Positions 14,576 to 26,246 of a stretch of DNA of 64,000 nt are shown piece after piece. Each line of letters starts with the position of its first letter. Positions within the stretch are counted from its first letter, which is position 1. Origin of the DNA: Tubiluchus corallicola (lineage: Eukaryota > Animalia > Priapulida); contig JAQGDQ010000127.1 in assembly GCA_030141605.1 (NCBI GenBank), forward strand, positions 310,001-374,000, given 5' to 3'. The notes under the pieces were generated by a model. That model was given only the letters and a program-made list of their open reading frames with translations. It was not told the origin of the DNA and did not search any database. Made by a program: the position numbers and the translations under genes.

Positions 14576-14890
14576 TTGCATCATATAAGAAAAAATGTGG
14601 CAGAGTGCATTGACTGCTGCCTTAACATGGAGCTTAACGTTGAATATGCACGAGCCAAACAAATGCTAAAAGAAAGATACGGTGGTGAGTTTATTATGAC
14701 GCAAGCGTGGATAAAGAAAATCGCAGATTTTAAGATCATTAAGGCATCGGAACCAAAAATGCACAGAGATTATGCAGACACTTTGAGATGTTGTTTTGAA
14801 TCTCTTGCTGCTATGGGTCACCTGGCTGAAATCAACACTCAAGTCAAGGAAATTTGACAAAAATTATTGTCAAGCTCCCAGTGCACCAAC
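14576..14890 (+). mobile_element. Bel/Pao LTR-retrotransposon gag fragment
   Basis: YARAKQMLKERYGG...WIKKI...DYADTLRCCFESLAAMGHLAEINTQ then, frameshifted, KIIVKLP. This is typical of Bel/Pao gag. No pol or LTRs seen. Confidence 0.7.
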
Positions 14891-14999
14891 ATGCCACCTG
14901 GACGTGTCCGTATCTAGCTCTTGTGAAACCTACACCGTTAGCAGGTATACTGCATATGAAATCCAGTCAATACACTGAAAACCGCCTATCATATAGCAT

Positions 15000-15898
15000 C
15001 TGTTGGGAGCCGTTTGGAGTACGCGGTCTACTTGGGCTGCCCAAGTAGGACACTAGAGACAGGTCGTGAATTCAGTCGTTAAGTGTACTGACACCGTCCG
15101 TTGTGCTTGTTTATGTAATAATAATAATTAAAAACGTTAATACACGTTGAATAATTTATTATACATCTAATAAAATAAAAGAATTTTATTCTGAGCTGGT
15201 AGAACGGACAATATTAAATTTGGTTTCGATATTAATGTTGTTGAAGTGAAAAAACCCCACTTTTTTGCGAATTCAACATTTGTTTAAGGTATATCATTTT
15301 TGATTTTGTCTCACTTCACAAACAGGTGATCCGTTTCACTACCTCTTGGGCAAATAATTGTTTTCTTATAAGTAAACGTTCTAGCGATCTATGTGTCCTA
15401 CATGGGCTAGCGAGCCATGTAGGACAGTGCCCTACATGTTACAATACTACTGATAATATTAAAACTAATTATCCTTGCTTTTCTTAAATGTTAAAAATTA
15501 CTTTTTGGTGTTGTGAAGGCTTAGCAGCATCTGTCTCATTTTTAAATTTGCAATTATTTCTGTAATAACTGTGTGCAGAATTTCTCTCTTTAAAGCATTA
15601 GATACTAGGTTTAATGTTATGATATATTAATGGAGTTAATCATAATGATGAAATTATTGTAAGAAATGCATTTGTAAATTGCCAAGGAATATCCATTTCT
15701 AAAAGAAATTTTGTTTTATGCTTTATTATGTCATAACAATACTTATAAACAATGGTAATATAAACTGGAAACAAGTTTTGCCAGAGCAAGTTTCTCGACA
15801 AAAATCGCTAGTGTCCTACTTGGGCTGCCCATGTAGGACACTACTTTTAGCGCATCAAGTGGTCTACTTGGCGCAGTGGTCCAAACGGCTCCCAACAG
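15000..15898 (+). mobile_element. Non-autonomous TIR element, family A copy 1 (899 bp)
   Basis: Perfect 19-bp TIR CTGTTGGGAGCCGTTTGGA / TCCAAACGGCTCCCAACAG, flanked by CAT on both sides. The body aligns by eye with 24326-25238 and, inverted, with 61165-61832. Confidence 0.9.
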
Positions 15899-16028
15899 CA
15901 TCATATCACATGCCGGTCACACCTGAGCAATAAGCATGATCTACTCAAAGAGTTCAATTTAGTTTCAATTCAATTTTATTGCGCAAATGCGCTATAAAGT
16001 ACATTGGTAAAACATAATCTACAACATA

Positions 16029-16483
16029 CCGTATTTTCCTGTGTATAAGAGACCCTTTTTTGCTCAGAATTTTCACTTTAAAAATAGGGGGTCTCTTATA
16101 CATGGGAGTAAGTCTTTTCAACAAGATGCATAAATTGTGACACTAATGATTTTAAAGAAATAAGTGCTCTACAACTGTTTTGCGTGTCGCGTTCGACTAT
16201 GAAGCGGTTGTAAGCAATACAAGCATCGTGACACAGGCATTATCTCCTCGTTTTCTCTTTTCCTGTTACAGGTTTGCAGGTACGCACTTTAATATATACC
16301 AGTACTCTTTTTCTACAACACATTAACTGGTTTTATTTTGTTTTCAGTACCGCACTGAGTTGAAAAAAGTTGTACTCTACCCTCTAAAAATGTCCGTCTG
16401 AAAAAACTTTTTTCCAGAATTTTTGCCTAAAAATTGAAGGGGTCTCTTATACACAAGGGTCTCTTATACACGGGAAAATACGG
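16029..16483. mobile_element. Tc1/mariner-pogo-type MITE (455 bp)
   Basis: TA | CCGTATTTTCCTGTGTATAAGAGACCC ... GGGTCTCTTATACACGGGAAAATACGG | TA, with internal GGGTCTCTTATACA repeats. Confidence 0.9.
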
Positions 16484-16838
16484 TAGGCCAAATAAAACAT
16501 ACATATAAAATTAATATGCATAAGCTTTGTGCAAATGGTTATTTTTGCAGACAAACATAACTGTAATGTAGTACAGGCAAGAATACAAGAAATCACAATT
16601 AAAGCAAAAGCCAAGGCTCTCGGGAAGATGAACTTATTCTAATATTTGAGAAAAATATTAGAAAGTTTCAGCAATGAAATTGTGGCAAGCGCCTCGTGTA
16701 ATTAATAATTTCAATTTAAAATCGCGATCACTTCACGCTTGGGCACGATTCAGGCGATTCACAGCGGCTATTCTAATATTTCTAGGAGGCTCCTGTATAT
16801 CCTCATCATAAAGGAGTAAGCCAAAAAACTGTATCCTG

Positions 16839-19800
16839 TCACGATGTTGTTCTTACACCTCTACACTGACCTCTACATTTAATTTTCATTAACATTCTAA
16901 CTTCTTTTGAAACAAATGCTTTTCTAGCCGAAAACTTTTTTCCTCCTTTTGAGCAGCTGTTTCTGATATCAATAACTTGCTTGCTCCACTCTGTATATTT
17001 AGTTTGGAATACTTCACTTTTACTCCACATTTTAGTCAGCTCACCCTTTTCTGTTTTTTTTTCTGAACAACTCGAGTTCATTGGGCGACATCCTACAAAT
17101 GCTTCTGTTGTTTCCCTTACTTGATTTATTTACTTATTGCCCGTCAGTGTTAACAAATACAGTGTTATGATCAGAGAACTTTTCAACTACCTGACCGTTT
17201 TCATTCTCTATACTGTACATGCCCTATAATTTCGGTTCATCTATTGTCATTAACTTTATCCATCGATTTCCTTTTTATTCACAACACAATAATCTAAAAC
17301 AGATTTCTCTTCCGCCTCAACCCGTGTTCAGAGACATTTACATTTCTCCGTGGAAATAACTACACACAAATTAGTTTGATCAATTAACTTAATTAGTAAT
17401 TTACCACCTGCACTACACTCTTTTTTATTTCCTTTGATGATGCTTCCAGTTTTACAGTTGAAATCTCCAATCAGGAGAAGACTCACTTTTGCTTCTAGCT
17501 TCCATGACATGTTTTGTTATATGGTCATACATCTTTTTCAATTGTGATACCTTTGTTCTGGTTTCTTGAGGTCCATATACAAGTCCAAGTCGTATTTTCA
17601 TCTTCCTATTGTTAATTACACACCACAAGCTTTCATGATTTTCCTCTGTTCTATTAACGTCTACCATCACCCTGTATACTGCTGATTTTACAATGTTATC
17701 ATCCCTCCATTGTTTTTATCTTTTCTCTCCATTTTAAAGCAACTGTATCCTTCAAATTCTATCATGTCAGACTCCTTCAAAAATGTTTCCACTAAGCAGA
17801 AAATTTCTGGTTTTCATTCTTGTTCAATGTTTGTAATTCAGCACTTTCTTTCTGATGCCATTACAATTTCCACAAATCGATGAAAAGTTTTTGTAATTTT
17901 TTTTATTTCTTTGTGATTTTTTCTTTTTAGTCTCTCGCTTCATTTCTATTGTCATCAAAACTTGTATTCCTTATGTTAGTTATCTCTGTACTTACACTAT
18001 CATACTCATCAACTTTATTTACATATTTACAAACATTTCTCCAGATACCTAATTCTTCAAATCCCCCCATATGCCTCTCAACGGCTTCTATAACCACCTT
18101 TATCTGGTCATTTAGGTTTTTTGTAAAAAAGACATCCGTTGATTCTTTCTCAATTTCTTTGCCTTTTCCGTACGTGAATGCGGGTTTTTCTTTTACTTCA
18201 TACTCCCAGTAACCTTTTCTCCAATTTGTTGGTCCATAAACTATAGTGTTTTCCAAAATTCTGCTTTTCTTCTGTGGCTTCTTCTCGTGCTCTGTGCCAA
18301 AACCTATTTTTTTTCCAAACATACAGTATTTCCCGTCCTCCCATTTCCACAAACTTCTTTCATATCTCCAAACTTCTCATGCTTATACCAGCGTTAACAG
18401 CATTTCTCCATGTTAACAGTGTAGTCCTTTATCATAAAAATTGCATAAGGGAACAGTACTTTCTTCATCTTTGTTTTCAACTACACCTCCTCTATTGTCT
18501 ACATCTTCATCAACAGTTTCCCTAGATTTTACTATTTTCTTCGTACCTTCTACTGTTGTTTGCAAATCTCTTTTTTCTTTTGTTAACAGGTCTTTCAACA
18601 CATAAAATGTTTGCTTATCCTTTTTTAATGCTTCACCTTCATTTTTTCTTCCAAGTTTTGCTTATACTTTTCCCACCCTCTTCTTTTAGTTCTTTCATTT
18701 ATTCTCTTTACTATTTAGCCTTTTCTCTAACTCGTTTTCCTTTTCTTTAAACCTATCCAACTGAATAATTTCACTTCCCTTTTGCTGCATTTGTAGTTCT
18801 TTCCCCTTTATCTGTTCCTTTAATGTGCAGTTTTCTTCTCTCTCTAAGCCGTTGCTCACATTTTCTTTTTGTTTCTCATTTCTAACTCTATATGTGCAGC
18901 CCTCAGTTCTGTAATCTCTTCTTTATATTGTTCTAATTCTTTATCTACTTGGGCACACCGAGTGCTAATCTTCATTACCTTCTCCTTTTCTAAGGTAATT
19001 TCTGATTGAAGATTTTCTCTTTGTTCTTCCCATTTACTTTTCTTTAATTTAAAGAGTTCCTCTCCTTCCTGGGAGTTTTGCTTTTCTTTTAATGCACCTT
19101 ATCTTTCTTCTACAACTATCATTTTACAGGCCTTCAATTCTCCTATTTGTTTCTTTATCTTTTTATACTTTTTATCGTATTGCACATACTTCACACAACC
19201 AAAAAATTGTATCAATGGTTTCCTCCATCCCCTTCTTTTTCATTTCTTTAAATGCCGTGTTAATTGCCCTATACGCTTTTTTGCTCATTTCTATGCAGAC
19301 CCCATGGTGCCATTTATTACACCAATAACAAAGTAAACCATCATCTTTTGTTGCAACAGTCACTTTGCACTTTTGACAATCTTCATCATCATCCTCTTCC
19401 GCCTATTTCCAGTCTTTTCTTGCTTTTAGCTTCATACCCTTTACGAACATCTTTTTTCTCTTTATGATCACGTTCTGTAAGCCTAACTAAACCTAACTCC
19501 TGAGCTACTATTTCTTCATCTTCCTCGCTGTCATCATGTTGTTCACTATCTACAATACTGTTTCCTATATCAGTACTTTCCCCGTTATCAACTTGAAAAT
19601 ATTCTTCTACTATTCTTTCAAAACGAGTACTGTCAAAAAGTCATCAAACTTTCATTTTCAATTTTAGTTCTTTGCTGTAGCATTTCTTCCACATATGTAT
19701 TCCTTTAACCCACTTCAAAATCCCTCTTTTGCCTCTTTTGACTCTGTGTTACACTATTACCAGCTTCAATTTCACCTTGACCACATTCCTCTACTTCCAA

Positions 19801-20190
19801 ATTTTTTTTTATGTTCTGACATGACAAGTTTTCCGCTTTGCTTTAGACCCTGTGCAGTAGATGCCACTAAAAATTGCTAAACTTAATAGCCTTACTTGCT
19901 GACTAATCTATACTCCGTTCCTCAATACCTGTTATTTCGGGATCTGAGAGTTAGTTTAGCTTATTCGGGCTCGCTGGTCTAAGACATTCTTCCACCCAGA
20001 ATGCAGCCTGTGGGGACCATATAAGTGGTGAACAAAGATACCTTTGTTAGTAATTTAGCGGAAAACACAAGTGTTGGAAAAAATCTCGCAGTCTTTCATT
20101 AGAAAAATCAAAATAACAAAATTAGATTCTTTCAAACACAACTCATTTCAACACCCTTTCACAAATTTTAATAGCGGGTTTTAACGGAGT
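16839..20190 (-). mobile_element. Decayed LINE 5' half: ORF1 (PHD finger, coiled coil, CCCH-like fingers) and AP-endonuclease; RT missing
   Basis: ORF1 from ATG ~19822 has C4HC3 PHD CQKC..LLCYWCNKWHHGVC..FWLCEVC (~19184-19379). APE motifs CLVETFLKE, LVYGPQE, LIGDFNCK, SVLDYCVV and SDHN lie at ~17160-17800. Many stops and frameshifts. Confidence 0.85.
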
Positions 20191-20649
20191 ATTCCAGCCA
20201 CTGTGCAAAAATTTGTTAAAGGCAGGAATGAATGCAATATAACACATTTTATTTTCACAAGATAGTCAACCACGTAGCGATTAATATCATACGCGACAAA
20301 ACTAGATTGCCACTTCACTATAAAAGCAATATTTTTGTATATTATAGATTTTCATCAGAGCACGAGAAAACACGTCCACTCGATCTGGTTGTAGTGTCAT
20401 GGTCGTGCTCATTTTGGTGAAAAATGGCATCATTCTGTCACCATGCAATATAAACAGTTATTCTGCTAAGTGCTTCAGCAATCTGTTTTTGAGTTATAAA
20501 GCAAACTCTATAAACTAAGTAACCCACCCAGTACCTACTGTATGCTCGCAAGTTTACATGTGTATCTGAAAGTCAACAAAAGTCTGTAAATTAATTACAT
20601 TTACGCAATTAATGTGTGCTATATTAAGACCAGTGTGAACCTGATTTAA

Positions 20650-22420
20650 TAAATTTTAATTTTGTAGCCAAGGTAGCTCCATCTAGCTGGAAAGTTTTAA
20701 ATGTGGGCATTGACCCAATTATGTTTTCATTATGTAAACTTCAATCACATTAGCAAACTGCAAATAGCACCAAAAAAGCTCCAAAATTAATGGTGAATTA
20801 GTGACAGACCCACAACACATGGTTGAAATCATAAAATGATCGAGGAGTTCTACACGTCGTTTTCTAGAGAGCACATGACTACCTTCATCAATCCTGAAAC
20901 AGACATACCACTTTGTGACATTAACATTAATACCCAAGAACACATTCATCCAAACACTAAACATCAACTCTGCCCCAGGTCTTTATTTATTACATCTAGC
21001 TAAAGCCACACGTACTGCATATTTCTGAGCCACTAACCATTATCTACCGTAAATCATTAACAGATGCTAATTAACACATCAGAAGACTGGAAGCTCTCTG
21101 TTATTATACCTATATACAAGAAAAGTTTCAGAAATATAGCCAGCAACTATAGAGCAACCTCTTTGAGAGGTGTAGCTCTAAAGGTTAAAAAACACATTGT
21201 TAGTGATGTTAATGAATGCTTAATTAGCAACATTTTACTATTCAAATCACAGCCTCGCTTCACAAAATGACGATCAATTGTAACCAGCATGTTATAGTCT
21301 TCTTTGAGTATGCCTTTAGCCATATTAAAAATGTTCAGTTGGTATTATATACTTAGACTAGCTAAGGCTTTTGATAGGGTTGTCCAACAATGTCTTCGAG
21401 TTCTTGTCAAATTACAAGCCTATGGTATATAAGACAAACTTTTTAGCAGGACCAGGGTTTGGTTGTCAAAATTTAATAGAAAGTAGATGGATGGTGGTGA
21501 CACAGAGCAAACTATCATCAACACTTCTAGTTCTTTTTGGAGTGCCCCAATGTAGTATACTTGGACCTTGTTTGTCTTGATTTTCATTAACAACATTAAT
21601 GTTGGTATCATCTCAAAAGTTCAGTGTACTAAACGAAACTTGCTGGTTGTATGTCCTAGCCACAACCTGCTGCCACTTGCAAGCTCATGCGTGTCCTTGC
21701 CACAGTCTGCTGCCAACTTGCAAGCTGATTTACGTAAAATAAACCTGTGCACCAAATGCTGACAAACGACTTTTAACATAGCAGACGGAAAATGTAAAGT
21801 GATACATCTAGAGAAGGACACTCCGGAATATTGTTATCAATTTAACGGAGGATTCCTATCAGTGACTACTTCTGAAAAAGATTGGGATATTGTTGTGGAG
21901 GCTCAACTCAAATTCCTGCATACACATCTATGATAAAGTCGCCTAGGCAAATCAGGTACTCGGAGCAATCTCTTGAACAATTGTTAGTAGGAATAGAGAG
22001 ATCATCATCTAGCAAGGCCACACATCATATATGCAAACCATTCTTGGAGCCCGGAATATGTTAAGGATATTTAAACTGTAGAGAAAATACAAGAGAAGGC
22101 ACGGAATCGTCTAGCTGGGTTAAACAGAAGTAGATACGAAAGCACTCAATAGCCTTGCTTGCACAGACGTACTAGATGCTGCCTACTCGCGATGTATAAA
22201 ATGTTCACAGTTGTCTCTGACGTGGATACTGCAATGTTCCTTCATTGCTGTCCTTCACTAACTAATGGCCACAAGTGCAAAATAATTATGAAAGACATTT
22301 CAGGCTGGATGTTTACAAATCTAAATCTTACAACTATATCTGTGGAATTCACCACATGAAGACTTTAGTAGAACTACAATTGCAGCCTTCAAAACACACT
22401 TGGACAAATCCACACATACA
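20650..22420 (+). mobile_element. Decayed CR1-like LINE (RT and 3' region)
   Basis: Frameshifted motifs EDWKLSVIIPIYKK, ASNYRATSL, YLD*AKAFDRV, GVPQCSILGP, KCKVIHL and MYKM. Confidence 0.85.
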
Positions 22421-23599
22421 AAAAAATGTCACATTAATTACTGATTTCTTCTGTATATGCTGGTTAACAAACTTTAAAACTTAAAAATAAGCAAAATAAG
22501 CAGCAAGATGTTCAGGGTAACGTTTCAAGAGGAAAAAGAAAACAACCAGTGCACAATTTCAATTGGGTTTCTGTGACACTTATAACCCCTAATCGTCACT
22601 GCAAAATTTAATACTAATTATGAATACAAATACGAATCATCATTGCAAAAGCTAGCAGCTATGTCTGAAAAGAGAAAAATTAATAAAATTTATGACCTCA
22701 GGGGTAATGAATATGGGTAGCGAATCTAAAGTTGGAACTAGCTTTTACAGCTGTTCGGTTAATGCTGTATGAAAATACGGTGATACATCAATAATCAATG
22801 AGACTTGGGGACTAATCTCAAAACAGAATTGTGTAAATTAGCAAGCATTTAAAAAGTAGCAAATATCTGACATGTTTATCTATAAAAAATTAATGCATTA
22901 TCATCACATTTTGTTACTGAATTCAAAGAATAAAGGATTAGTCAAACAAATCTTAAAAGTGCAATTAATGAATGAAATACACCAAAAATAAGTATAATAT
23001 TGGGATAAATACAGTGGATAAATGCAATTACTAAATCTGGATTGAAAAGTATCTAAAAACGCAAAATTCATTTATTTATAGAAAATGCACTTAAAACTAA
23101 AATAGAAATTAGGGCAAATTCAGATTAAAAAGCCTTCCAAATACGAAAGGTATGTTGGAAATGCAGATTAGATGAAAATAAAGATATTATGGCAATCAGG
23201 CTCAACATGATTGATCTTAAAGTAAATTTTAAAATTGATATAAAGGGGAACTGAAATGCTCTTTATGTCATGTACCAGAGGATAGTACTGACCACCTTTT
23301 TGAAGTAAAGCCAACAAGTGGGGTCTATCTGCACAAGATATAAGCGAGTTTAGCACAGGTAAATTACGAACAACTAGGATGTACGATAATGAGCTGCGAA
23401 ACTAAAAATGTAATGAAAGGCGCACACAGGCTCTTTGGCTCTGCCGGTCTGTTTCGCTGTCTGCCTGCCCTTCATTGGTGACGAAGAGAAGAGAAGATAT
23501 CGAGCATATCCTTTGTCCAAGATCACAGTAAGTTATTGTTATGTGCAAAGTTACTGGGGGATGTTACTAATTTTTGAAATGTGGCCAACGAAACAACAA

Positions 23600-24300
23600 G
23601 TGAATTATAAGCAGTTGACATAGCTAAGAACTTTATACGTTTCCGGCATTGAATGATAGAGATGCAAAGAAAGTGTTAAAGAGTGTGCAAAAAAGGAAAG
23701 TGCCAAGTAGTTGGACAGACATAGAAAAACTTGCAAGTATGTAGAAATTTGAATATAGCCGAAAGTAAGTTAAAACTTGAAAAAAAACTTGAAGTTAAGG
23801 GACGAACCAAAAATATTTAAAAAAAATCTTTGAAGGTCATTAACGAAAAAACAAAATTAAGATTTCTAAAAAAATAGAGTGGGGCAGTGAAAAAAAAACC
23901 AATGAAATACTCAGAAGAGTGTGATGAGAAGATTGCATGTGAGATAACAGAGGGGAAACTTAACATGATTGCAGTAAAAGCAAATTACAGAAGTAAATTT
24001 AAATTAGATACGGCCTGTCCACTCTTTTATAATGAAGAGGATACAACCGATACAACCCTCTGTTATGTAAAAAGGGTATAGAAATATTGGGATAAACAAC
24101 AACAACTGCAGATTATTTCTATAGTGATCACATTGTAAATCGACTGAATTAAATGAGCGCATATCGAAAGTGAAACGGCTAAGAAAAAGATATGGAATCG
24201 ATCTAGAGATATAGATGACAAATAAAAAACGAAAAGCCGTGAAGATAAAAACAAGGATTGAAAAAAATTGGCGTTATTAGAAGAGAAAGACTTGCGCCAA
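23600..24300 (+). mobile_element. LINE ORF2 C-terminal remnant; similar piece at ~33100-33420
   Basis: KLNMIAVKANYRSKFKLDTACPLFYNEEDTT resembles the CPLC..EETTEH zinc-binding tail of LINE ORF2. Confidence 0.6.
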
Positions 24301-24325
24301 AAGTGCTGACTGAGAACGCGTCAAA

Positions 24326-25238
24326 CATAGGGTAGCCTAAGTAGGACATGTCGAACATGGGCTGCCCAAGTATGACACTAGAGACAGGTCGCGAATTGAG
24401 TTGTTAAGCATACTGCACCATCCATTGTCCTTGTTTATGTAATAATAATAATAATTAAAAACGTCAATACACGTTGAATAATTTATTATACATCTGAAAA
24501 AATAAAATAATTTTCTTCTGAGCTGCAAAAACGGACACCATTAAATGTGGCTTCGATATTAATGTTGTTGAAGTGAAATAAACCCACTTTTTAGGCGAAT
24601 TCAACATTAAATTTTGTTTAAGGTATATCATTTTTTAATTTGTCTCGCTAAACAGACAGGTGATCCGTTTCACTACCTCTTCGACAAATAATTGTTTTCC
24701 TCTAAGTAAGCATTCTAGCGACTTATGTGCTCTACATGGGCAAGCAAGCCAAGGCCTTACACGTTACAATACTATTGATATTATTAAAACTAATTGTCCG
24801 TGCTTTTCCTAAAATGTTAAAAATTAATTTTTCGTGTTGTGAAGGCTTAACAGCACCTGTCTCATTTTTAAACTTACAATTATTTATGTAATAATTGTGT
24901 GCATAGTTTCTCTCTTTGAAGCATTAGATTCTTAGTTTAATGTCATGGTGATTTTAATGGAACTAATAATACTGGTGACACTATTGCAAAAATACGTTAA
25001 TTTTGTAAATTGTCATCCATCATTATTATAAATAATCCATCATTATTATGAAGTTACTTTTTTGTAAAGCAAATTCAGTTTTACGTTTTATTATGTCATC
25101 ATAATTCTCGATTCTCGACAAAAATCGCCAGTGCCCTACTTGGGCTGCCCATGACGACACTCCCTTTCCGCAAATTTAGCACATGCGTTTTACCGGAAAT
25201 GTCCTACTTCGGCTAGTTGGTTACTCGGCACCCTACAG
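24326..25238 (+). mobile_element. Non-autonomous TIR element, family A copy 2, directly upstream of PHB1
   Basis: Long colinear similarity to 15030-15840. Right end TTACTCGGCACCCTACAG matches the copy 3 terminus. Confidence 0.88.
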
Positions 25239-25424
25239 CTGTAACTCAGTTGACATGAAACAAACCAGAAACGAATAAAAACTATTTTAGTGCGGCAAAG
25301 ATTTCTTACTTGCACGTGCACGACGAGCAGATAAATTGTAGCAAAATTGCGAGAGTTTTTAACTACGGGAGCAATTTACAAATTTTCAGGAAACTTCTCA
25401 GTTTTTCAGAAATTATCGTAACAG

Positions 25425-26246
25425 ATGGCTACTCAATTTTTGAATAATATTGGGAAGTTTGGTCTTGGACTTGCTGTTGTTGGTGGTGTCGTTAATTCTG
25501 CTCTGTATAATGTTGATGGAGGTCAACGAGCGGTAATTTTCGATAGATTTCAAGGTGTTAAAAACGTTGTTGTTGGAGAAGGTACTCATTTCATTATTCC
25601 CATCATTCAAAAACCAATCATCTACGATATCAGGTCCCGGCCACGAAATTTGCCGGTAGTGACCGGCAGCAAAGATTTGCAAAACGTCAACATCACACTG
25701 CGAATTTTGTATAGACCTCTACCGAGCGAATTGCCAAAAATATTCACAAATTTGGGAGTTGACTACGAAGAAAGAGTTTTGCCTTCAATCACGAATGAAA
25801 TCTTAAAAGCCGTTGTTGCTCAGTTTGATGCAAGTGAGTTGATCACACAGAGAGAAATTGTATCTCAAAAAGTAAGTGAAGACTTGACCGAAAGAGCAAG
25901 TCACTTTGGTCTAATACTAGATGATATTTCTTTAACGCACCTTACATTTGGAACCGAGTTTACTCATGCTGTTGAGTTGAAGCAAGTAGCACAGCAGGAT
26001 GCTGAACGTGCAAGATTTGTTGTGGAAAAAGCTGAACAGCAAAAACGGGCCGCTGTTATAGCAGCTGAAGGTGACTCAAAAGCTGCAGAAATGCTGGCCT
26101 CAGCATTTACAGAATGCGGTGAAGCTTTGGTTGAGTTACGTAAAATAGAGGCTGCGGAAGACATAGCATTTCAGCTTTCAAGATCACGAAATATTGCTTA
26201 TCTTCCGAGTGGTCAAAATATGCTTCTTAGTTTGCCTGTTCAGTAA
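25425..26246 (+). CDS. PHB1: Prohibitin-1 (SPFH domain), 273 aa, intronless CDS
   Basis: Full-length ORF with [71 protein letters not shown] and [17 protein letters not shown] at 26311. Confidence 0.98.
   Translation: MATQFLNNIGKFGLGLAVVGGVVNSALYNVDGGQRAVIFDRFQGVKNVVVGEGTHFIIPIIQKPIIYDIRSRPRNLPVVTGSKDLQNVNITLRILYRPLPSELPKIFTNLGVDYEERVLPSITNEILKAVVAQFDASELITQREIVSQKVSEDLTERASHFGLILDDISLTHLTFGTEFTHAVELKQVAQQDAERARFVVEKAEQQKRAAVIAAEGDSKAAEMLASAFTECGEALVELRKIEAAEDIAFQLSRSRNIAYLPSGQNMLLSLPVQ

Noticed and set aside
19965-20030. HDV-like ribozyme in the LINE 5' UTR (CATTCT-TCCACCC-AGAATG hairpin)
   Set aside because: I could not build P1/P2/P1.1, and the suggestive strand is antisense to the LINE.
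23436-23492. Degenerate Penelope-type hammerhead on the minus strand (CCAATGAAGG...GCGAAAC)
   Set aside because: The core CUGAUGA is mutated, the stems are poor, and no convincing Penelope ORF is adjacent.
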